A program made the translations under genes and the position numbers. From a virus, in IMG/VR virus record IMGVR_UViG_3300009068_000028, positions 27,680 to 91,679 of that record: a DNA stretch of 64,000 nucleotides. The stretch is one strand, 5' to 3'. Below the pieces are notes generated by a model. The model worked only from the letters and a program-made list of their open reading frames with translations. It did no database searches and was not told the origin of the DNA. Below, piece by piece: positions 53,524 through 61,231 of this stretch. Each line of letters begins with the position of its first letter. Within the stretch, counting starts at the first letter, position 1.

Positions 53524-54314
53524 TTAGATGTCAGACCTATCTGCCATACTGATTACATACAAACAAAGGACAAAGAATGACTAACACACAACGTCTCCGT
53601 TACTTGGAACTCATCGCTATCGCTAAGAGTGATGTGATGACGGCTAGTGAGTTCGATGAACTGCTAGGTCTCCAGAAACTTATCAAGCGATAGGTGGCAC
53701 TAGTCACTAGTTATTAGGTGGCACTAGTGTGCTCACTAATTTAGTGTGCTATTTTATTTTAGATCATGTATCGTACATATTTAGAAAATATTCAGATTTT
53801 GTACAAATTGGAAAATATAAAAATTTTCAGATTTCTGTGCGAAGGTAACACTCTATGCAATCGCATTCAAGAATTTTTTCAGGGGTATTAGAATCCTTCA
53901 TCTAATTCATCCCTAAAGATAGCCTGATCAGAGTTAAATAACATTCCAATAATCAATAGACCTATTGCAATAGCTACAATTGGAGCACAAAGAATAATTA
54001 ACAGTATGTGTGAATCTGTCACGGTAGATCATTCTCTCCTAAATCATCTCTTGTAATAAGACCAAAGTTCAATAGACAAACGTTCACAATCTTTCTTGAT
54101 ACTTTAAACTCTTTTGAGATCTGACGAGATGTTTTCTCTAATTGTACAAAATGTTGATTGAGAAATTCTTTTGTTAAGTGTTTTGTTTCCATATGAACAG
54201 TATATCATAAGCTCTGAGAGGCTCTCTAAGGAGATAGAATTTATTTTGGTATTTGGATTCGAGATAGCTTATTTTTCGACGGTATACAGCAAGCAACGCT
54301 TGCCTGATGTGTAT

Positions 54315-54524
54315 TCACCATTTATGTATAGGACAATAAGCATGAGCTAACTTAGTCTTCATCCTCATAAAACATTTACATATTGTACACGTATGTGCAA
54401 ATGAATTATATAAAGGACATTCTCGGCATATGGCTAATCGTTCGGTTTGAAGTTCTTTGGTGGTACGAGGCTGTGCTGGGTTTAATAGGTCCCAGGGTCT
54501 AACAGGCTTTTGTTCGTCGGTCAT
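54315..54524 (-). CDS. Cys-rich small protein (DUF6171-like)
   Basis: 'RLAICRECP...CTICKCFM..KTKL...CPIHKW'. Confidence 0.65.
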   Translation of the reverse strand: MTDEQKPVRPWDLLNPAQPRTTKELQTERLAICRECPLYNSFAHTCTICKCFMRMKTKLAHAYCPIHKW

Positions 54525-54723
54525 ATATCTAGTATATCAACACATTCAGTGTGTCAACACATACTTCCCCATGTGAGATGTTTTTATATCCTTGTTTGGG
54601 GATAGGGTGTTTGGGGTACTCTATCCGCCGCCGAATTTTCCGCTTCGCTAAAAACACACTATATCTAGTTATTGTCGAAGAACTTTATATCAAGATGTAG
54701 TAAATTGTATATATAATATTGTT

Positions 54724-55017
54724 ATGGACCTTGCTTTGCTTCAAATGATATTTGGTATCTGTATCAGTGTTGCTACAGTTATTACTATTTCAGCAGCAGG
54801 AGTCAGATGGTTAGTCAGACACTACTTCGACGATATCAGAAAAGAACTTAAACCAAATAGTGGTAGTTCTATGAAAGATCAAATAACTAGACTTGAGGGA
54901 GATGTCTTAGACTTAAAAATTCAGAATCAGCAAGGTGAAAGATTTCACGAAAAGCTAGATGATAAAATTGATAAATTGACCGAACTTTTTGTTCAGTATG
55001 TTGCTAAAATTAAATAG
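54724..55017 (+). CDS. Single-TM coiled-coil protein
   Basis: TM helix followed by 'ELKPNSGSSMKD'. Confidence 0.65.
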   Translation: MDLALLQMIFGICISVATVITISAAGVRWLVRHYFDDIRKELKPNSGSSMKDQITRLEGDVLDLKIQNQQGERFHEKLDDKIDKLTELFVQYVAKIK

Positions 55018-55282
55018 CACGAATGTCCTTCGGACTTGACTTGTTTTCTTTAGGAAGACTATCTAGTAGGTTTGTAACTCTTGCCCCCCTACCCCCCATT
55101 TATATATAGTAGCAGCTGTCAAACACCTTGTCAACCCTTATGCCCAAATCTCTTATATTTATTGATGTAACATTTCGTAACAATTAAAAATTGTAGTATT
55201 TCATAAACTGTGCTATAATTTTTTTTACAGCACTTTGACTTAGAGTGTTTTTCTCTTTATGAGAAGGAGGAGGTATCTTAAA

Positions 55283-55978
55283 ATGAAAACAAATCCTAGA
55301 ATAAAGAGCTTTTTATTAAGTTCTATTGTTTTATTTATATTAGTTGGACTAAACGTAAGTTTTTCTCCAACTGCCAGTGCATCTGAACAAGGTGGCATTG
55401 AAATATCTAGGTCAGCAGTTAACACTGTTGAAATCCGAGAGACTATTGCTGCTGTTAAAGCAGAAAAGAAAATTGAATATATGCAGATATACGATCAGGT
55501 TGTTCAAGAAGAGGAAGAGCGAATTGCTAGTCCTAGTTCTAAACAATCTAAGTTTGTAAGATATGCATTAAAATTCCAAGGAACTCCATATTGGTATAGT
55601 GGATCAACTCCAGAGGCTTTTGATTGTAGTGGTTTTGTTGCTTATGTGATTAAGAAAGTTCTTGATAAAGATGTCCGTCATTCAGCAACATCACAAATGC
55701 AATTAGGTCCACGAGTTGATGATCCATTACCTGGAGATCTTGTGGGATTTGGTTATGGAAATGATTTTGGACATATTGGTATTTATGTCGGTAACGGAAA
55801 AGTTATTGACGCACTAAACCCAAATAGGGATACTGAAGTACGAGATTTATCCTGGCTAGAAGCAAATGTTGCTCCAGCAGTATTTGTAAGAATTATTGAA
55901 CCAAATAGAAATTTTAACCCACATAGAATTACACAAAAAATTATTGATGGTAAGATTGGATTCGATTTTACTCCATAG
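55283..55978 (+). CDS. NlpC/P60 peptidoglycan hydrolase
   Basis: 'GTPYWYSG...FDCSGFV', 'PGDLV', 'HIGIYVGNG'; signal peptide. Confidence 0.9.
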   Translation: MKTNPRIKSFLLSSIVLFILVGLNVSFSPTASASEQGGIEISRSAVNTVEIRETIAAVKAEKKIEYMQIYDQVVQEEEERIASPSSKQSKFVRYALKFQGTPYWYSGSTPEAFDCSGFVAYVIKKVLDKDVRHSATSQMQLGPRVDDPLPGDLVGFGYGNDFGHIGIYVGNGKVIDALNPNRDTEVRDLSWLEANVAPAVFVRIIEPNRNFNPHRITQKIIDGKIGFDFTP

Positions 55979-55997
55979 TCTGATACAATTGAGTAAT

Positions 55998-56049
55998 GGC
56001 TGGCACTCAGGCTCGTCTCTCATACCCACCATCCTGAGTGTCAGTCTTT
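55998..56049 (+). ncRNA. Candidate small hairpin RNA with C/U-rich loop
   Basis: TGATACAAT promoter, 14-bp stem, 21-nt loop ctcgtctctcatacccaccat. Confidence 0.45.
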
Positions 56050-56069
56050 AATTATGTTATAATAAATGT

Positions 56070-56441
56070 ATGGCACTTCAAGAATTCTTTGGCTCTGACC
56101 CTGCTCGTGTTACCTGGAAAATTGTCCGTGGTGATACGTCTGCAATTAAAGTTTCATTTTTACAAGATAATGAAACTACACCATACTCAACTACTGGTTG
56201 GGATTTTGTTTCTATTGCGTATGACCCTAAGACAGATTCAGAATTTGAGCTTGAAACTTCTATGGTATCCAATGTCTTAACTATTACTGCCCCCTCAGAT
56301 GTGACTGTTGAGTGGGGTAGTACATATGGATCAGTTGTAGCAGAGTTGCTATTTGATTTACAGGTTGATACTGGTACTCAAATTTGGACTCCTATTGTTG
56401 GAACTATCAGCGTAGTTGGAGATGTTGGGGGTAGCCTCTAA
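56070..56441 (+). CDS. Tail/baseplate adaptor-like protein
   Basis: 'WKIVRGDT...FDLQV' Ig-like fold; paralogue of 58570-58974. Confidence 0.6.
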   Translation: MALQEFFGSDPARVTWKIVRGDTSAIKVSFLQDNETTPYSTTGWDFVSIAYDPKTDSEFELETSMVSNVLTITAPSDVTVEWGSTYGSVVAELLFDLQVDTGTQIWTPIVGTISVVGDVGGSL

Positions 56442-56566
56442 TGGCAGTAATTAAAATTGTAGATTCTAAATCTACCCTACCGCCAGTAATTAAGGTAACT
56501 GAAGGCGGAGTTGTAACCGTATATAAAGTTTCAACACTTGTCAAAACTTTCTGATAGAATAGTGTT

Positions 56567-56986
56567 ATGACAGAAGCAAATACCGCAGGTGGGATTGTAG
56601 TTACAATTCCTACATCAACAGATGCTGCAGATATTAATAAAGCATTTAAGGACTACCACGCAAATGTTGGCAATGCTATTTCAATAAAAGCAAATACCGC
56701 TAGTCCAACTTTTACTGGAAATGTTACAGCACCTAATCTGCTTGCTACAACAGGGGTTACTGCACCGACTATTACATCAAATACCGCCCACACTGATGTT
56801 CACACAATTACTTTAGTCGGGCAAGCATCTTCTGCTGTTAAGTCTGCAAGGTATTATCCTGCAGCTGCTGTAGGATATAATCCAAACTCTGCAACAGTAA
56901 ATCAAACAAGAATTATTGTTTCACAAAATACCCCTGCAACAGCAAACCTTCAAGCAGGGGATGTTTGGATTTCCTGGGCGGTGTAG
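56567..56986 (+). CDS. Tail fibre-associated protein
   Basis: 'KANTASPTFTG' fibre repeat, 'GDVWI' C-terminus. Confidence 0.6.
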   Translation: MTEANTAGGIVVTIPTSTDAADINKAFKDYHANVGNAISIKANTASPTFTGNVTAPNLLATTGVTAPTITSNTAHTDVHTITLVGQASSAVKSARYYPAAAVGYNPNSATVNQTRIIVSQNTPATANLQAGDVWISWAV

Positions 56987-56989
56987 CTC

Positions 56990-58546
56990 ATGGCAAAAAC
57001 AACAATTTCTCTTGGTGGTGGACTAACAGATACAGCAAATCAGTCAACTTCTGTTACATCAGCATCTGGGACGGATATTGTATCTAATGTGCTACTTACC
57101 ACTACATCCACATACTTATCTGGAGGTTTTGACTCTCTTGGAAACTCGTACACTACCAGACCAGTAGCTGTTGTAGATGTTAGCGTTAGGGTCGCTGCCA
57201 CAACGCCAACTGGGACTCGTCTTGTTGCTGCTCAATTCAGTTCTTCTGCTACTGGATCTCCATCAACTTCATCAGGATCGGTTAACCTTGTTAGTTCTGT
57301 TTATTCTAGTACAATAACTTTATCAACCACCAGTACCTATGAATATGAAGCTTTTGCAGGACAAACATATTATTATGGATTTGAAACGAACTATAGTTCT
57401 ACAGGAACAATTTTATATGCAGATGGAGGAACATCTGGAACTATATATAAAGATGGAACTAGTTTAAGCTCAACAAGAAAACTAAGTGGAGAGATTAGCT
57501 ATAACAGTATCCCCAGTGCTCCAAGCAATGTAAATGCACTTAGTATAACCGATATCTCTGCAAACATTACTTGGTCAGCACCTACAGACGATGGTTTACA
57601 AAGTCCAGCTGCGTATAGTGCAGCAAATATTAAGGGCTATAGAATTAACTATAGAAACTCTAATTCAGAAAACTGGAAAGTGTTAGTTGCAAACACTGGA
57701 TCAAATGCCTTATCTAGAATAGTAACTGGGCTATCACCATCCACATATTATGAAATTCAAGTTGCAGCACTAAATTCTGTAACAGATGTACATAATGCAA
57801 CTTATACAAGCATGACTGCACACGTAGGATCAAGAAGTGTTACAAAAACATTTACGACAGCCGTTTCTACAAATGATGCTAGAATTTGGACTGGATCTGA
57901 ATTTAAAAAAAGTATTATTAAAATATGGAATGGTGCTGCTTGGATACAATACCCAAACGTAAGAGCAAAAGTTTGGAGCGGCATAACTACTCGAACCAAT
58001 CTTGTTGTAAATCCTAACTTTGAAACAAACACAACTAACTGGTCAGTTCCCTATGGTTCGTTGTCAAGAGTAACAACAACACCACAAACAGGAACATATT
58101 GTTTACAAATTGATTCCGATGGTGAAGGTTATCTTAGTGCTGCTTATGTTAAAAGTAATAGTTTTTCTATTGGAACATCTTATCGTGCAGGATTATGGGT
58201 TAGAGCAGCTTCTGCTGGATATACCCTACAATTAACTCTTAGTGATAATGGTAGTTCAACAGCAAACACAGTTTTTGTAGTAACAACATCGTGGCAGTTT
58301 GTACAGACACCAAGCATAACTGCAACAGGAACAACTGCAACTTTAAGTATTGATGGATATCCAGTTAACGACCCCATATTTGTTGATTCAGCAATTATTG
58401 AAACTGCATCAACCTACACAGGAACATTCTTTGACGGCAACACGCCAGATTCTAGTGATATAGATTATGCTTGGACAGGTACAGCAAATGCATCTACCTC
58501 AACTGCCACAAGCTCAGGGTTTAAAGAGCTGGCTCTTGATTCCTAA
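56990..58546 (+). CDS. Tail protein with FN3 and carbohydrate-binding-like domains
   Basis: 'PSAPSNV...WSAP...GLSPSTYYEIQVAA' FN3; 'NLVVNPNFE' CBM4/9-like. Confidence 0.75.
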   Translation: MAKTTISLGGGLTDTANQSTSVTSASGTDIVSNVLLTTTSTYLSGGFDSLGNSYTTRPVAVVDVSVRVAATTPTGTRLVAAQFSSSATGSPSTSSGSVNLVSSVYSSTITLSTTSTYEYEAFAGQTYYYGFETNYSSTGTILYADGGTSGTIYKDGTSLSSTRKLSGEISYNSIPSAPSNVNALSITDISANITWSAPTDDGLQSPAAYSAANIKGYRINYRNSNSENWKVLVANTGSNALSRIVTGLSPSTYYEIQVAALNSVTDVHNATYTSMTAHVGSRSVTKTFTTAVSTNDARIWTGSEFKKSIIKIWNGAAWIQYPNVRAKVWSGITTRTNLVVNPNFETNTTNWSVPYGSLSRVTTTPQTGTYCLQIDSDGEGYLSAAYVKSNSFSIGTSYRAGLWVRAASAGYTLQLTLSDNGSSTANTVFVVTTSWQFVQTPSITATGTTATLSIDGYPVNDPIFVDSAIIETASTYTGTFFDGNTPDSSDIDYAWTGTANASTSTATSSGFKELALDS

Positions 58547-58569
58547 CACTGTGATATAATTTAATTACT

Positions 58570-58974
58570 ATGGCAACACGTAAAAATTATCCTGTTGGGA
58601 ATGTTCCACCACTTGTAACGTGGACAGTTGTTCGTGGAGATACCGCCGCATTTCGTGTCTACGTAACTGACGATACAAAAACTGCACTCAATGTTACATC
58701 TTGGACTAAATCAATGCAGATTAAGCGTCCAACTACACCACAGACTACACCCACAATGACAGATGCTGCTACCTTAATTACTACAGTAACTCCTGCTGCT
58801 GTTGCAGGAGACGGTACTGGAGAGTTTACAGTAAAGCTAACTTCTACAAAAACAAATCTTCTAGAAACAGGAGATCTTTTTGATATTGAAATTAAAGATG
58901 CAACAAGAGTTTGGACAGTCTGCCAGGGCAGCATAATTGTAATTGAGGATATTACTAATTCAGGAATGAGCTAA
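58570..58974 (+). CDS. Tail/baseplate adaptor-like protein
   Basis: 'WTVVRGDT...FDIEI'. Confidence 0.6.
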   Translation: MATRKNYPVGNVPPLVTWTVVRGDTAAFRVYVTDDTKTALNVTSWTKSMQIKRPTTPQTTPTMTDAATLITTVTPAAVAGDGTGEFTVKLTSTKTNLLETGDLFDIEIKDATRVWTVCQGSIIVIEDITNSGMS

Positions 58975-59756
58975 TGGCTAAAGCAGTTATTAGTGACATT
59001 AAGCCTGGATACCTTAGTTCCGTAGTACAAACATCATATTCTAATACTTCTGTAACAGGTGAAGCACACTCTGCAAAAATAACAGACATTATTCACGATG
59101 CAAAAGTTACATCTATAAGTTATCCAATTACCACAGTTCAGGACATTGTTTATAATGCAAAACCTATTAGCGTTGTTCCATTTTATGTAAGATTTGTAAA
59201 TGTTGGAATTGCAGGGTATAGTGCAAGTAATCCAGCACCAATCGGTATAGCTGTTGTTGGTTTCAGTAATTACATTTTATAAAAAGAATGATGATATAAT
59301 TAATGTATTATGCCAAGAGCTACCCTTTCAGAAATTAAAGCTAAGTTTGAGACTGGAGATGTCCCCACAGGGGCTGACTACGCACAACTTATTGATACCC
59401 TTGCTGCTCAAGCAACTGAACTTGGTACGACTGGTAATAATGAAGAAACAATTTCTGGAATTGAGAATGCAACAACAGTAGATAGTTTTCCATCAGCTAG
59501 TTGGAGAATGATCAAATACTTAGTTTCTATTTCTAAAATTACAGGTGGTGCAAATAAATTTTTTGCAACCGAATTAACAATTCTTATTGACGGAACAAAT
59601 GTTAGCGTTAGTCAATATGGAACAATAGACAATGATGGGGATATTGGAACCGTTAGCGTCTCTCAGGTAGGAGCAAACGTAACTCTTGTAGTTACCCCAA
59701 ATCCTGCCGTAACGCCAATCACTGTGCGATACGCTCGTATGGGATTAAAGGCATAA
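58974..59756 (+). CDS. Two virion proteins (58974-59282, 59310-59756)
   Basis: Tail-module context; 'KFETGDVPTGADYAQLID' motif. Confidence 0.6.
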
Positions 59757-59771
59757 TAAGGAGATAATAAA

Positions 59772-61178
59772 ATGGCAACAGTCAACAAAAACTTTAGAGT
59801 CAAGAATGGCTTAACTGTTGAAGGCAACGTAACCATTACAGGTACAAACGGAACCATCAATAGCTCAAACATTCTTACCGAAGCTACCGTAGCATATCCT
59901 AATGTATTTGCAACAATTAGTGCTAACGGAACATCAGTAGTTGCAGATAGCAGTACTGATACACTTACACTCACACCAAGCACTGGAATTACAATTGTGG
60001 GTAACGCAACAAGCGATACAATCACGATTACTAACTCAGATCTTGGTTCAGCACAAGAAATTTTTAAGACAGTTAGTGCTAACGGTACGTCAATTGTTGC
60101 AGACAGCAACACCGACACGCTTACCCTAACTCCAAGCACTGGAATTACCATTGTTGGTAACGCAACAAGTGATACTATTACAATTACAAACTCTGGTGTA
60201 ACAGGTCTTACTGGAACTGCGAATGAGGTTGAAGTTTCCGCATCTACTGGTTCAGTAACAGTTGGTCTTCCAGATAACGTAACAATTGGTAATAACCTTA
60301 CCGTTACTGGAAACCTAACAGTCAGCGGTACAACTACAACCCTTAATACAGACACGCTTGCTGTTGAAGACAACATTGTTGTTCTTAATAGCAACATTAC
60401 TGGAACACCAACTCTTGACGCTGGTATTGAAGTTGAGCGTGGAGATTACACCAATGCAAAGATCTTCTGGAAAGAATCAGCAAACGCTTGGTATCTTGCT
60501 ACTCCTGGAGATTCTGGGGCTGCAGCTTCAGAAGCAGTCATTGCAACTGGTGGCTCTGTAAACGTATTCAACAATTTCTCTGATGGAACAAACATTGCTT
60601 CACCAGATAGTTCAGACGATACTTTTACATTCACAGCAGGTACTGGAGTCACAGCAGTAATTAGTGCAGCAGGAGACTCTCTTACAATCACAAACACTGG
60701 TGTAACAGGAATTACTGGTACTGCAAATCAAATTATTGCTAACGCTTCTTCAGGTAGCGTAGGTCTTTCACTACCGCAGAGCATTAATACAACTTCTGCA
60801 GTTACCTTTGCAAATGTCACAGCTGGAAATGTTATTGCAAATACTGTTGTTATGCAACAGGCTGCCATTGACACATTTTCAGTAGGGCTAACAGGTACAA
60901 GTGCAACTGGTGTTGACACTGCTTGGAGCTCTACAACATATGGAACTGCAAAGTACACAATTCAAGCTCGTAATGCTGGTGGAGATATCTATGCAATTGA
61001 AATTCTTGCGGTAGCCACAGGTTCAAACGTCTATGTAACAGAATATGCTGAGGTATACAGTTCAGCAGAACCAATTATTACAACAGACGTTACAAACGCT
61101 GCTGGCTCAGTACAACTTTCAGTTACTGGAACTAACGGAGTTACCGTTAAAACCACCAGAACATTGATTGAAGTCTAA
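59772..61178 (+). CDS. Tail fibre protein
   Basis: T/G/S/N-rich, internal duplication, 'DAGIEVERG'. Confidence 0.8.
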   Translation: MATVNKNFRVKNGLTVEGNVTITGTNGTINSSNILTEATVAYPNVFATISANGTSVVADSSTDTLTLTPSTGITIVGNATSDTITITNSDLGSAQEIFKTVSANGTSIVADSNTDTLTLTPSTGITIVGNATSDTITITNSGVTGLTGTANEVEVSASTGSVTVGLPDNVTIGNNLTVTGNLTVSGTTTTLNTDTLAVEDNIVVLNSNITGTPTLDAGIEVERGDYTNAKIFWKESANAWYLATPGDSGAAASEAVIATGGSVNVFNNFSDGTNIASPDSSDDTFTFTAGTGVTAVISAAGDSLTITNTGVTGITGTANQIIANASSGSVGLSLPQSINTTSAVTFANVTAGNVIANTVVMQQAAIDTFSVGLTGTSATGVDTAWSSTTYGTAKYTIQARNAGGDIYAIEILAVATGSNVYVTEYAEVYSSAEPIITTDVTNAAGSVQLSVTGTNGVTVKTTRTLIEV

Positions 61179-61231
61179 TTAGTTAGTTGTTGAGTATCAT
61201 TATCTGGTATAATTTACTAAGGTGATGATAC

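Larger units (their letters stand above)
41844..53550 (-). promoter_or_regulatory. Repeated phage promoter, about 24 copies: AGTTWNRTGTCSGTGSTC-N5-TA(T)A(A/C)T
   Basis: Seen on the plus strand as attata-N5-gaccac(c/g)gaca(t/c) ahead of almost every minus-strand gene; two divergent plus-strand copies at about 53317 and 53522. Confidence 0.85.
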
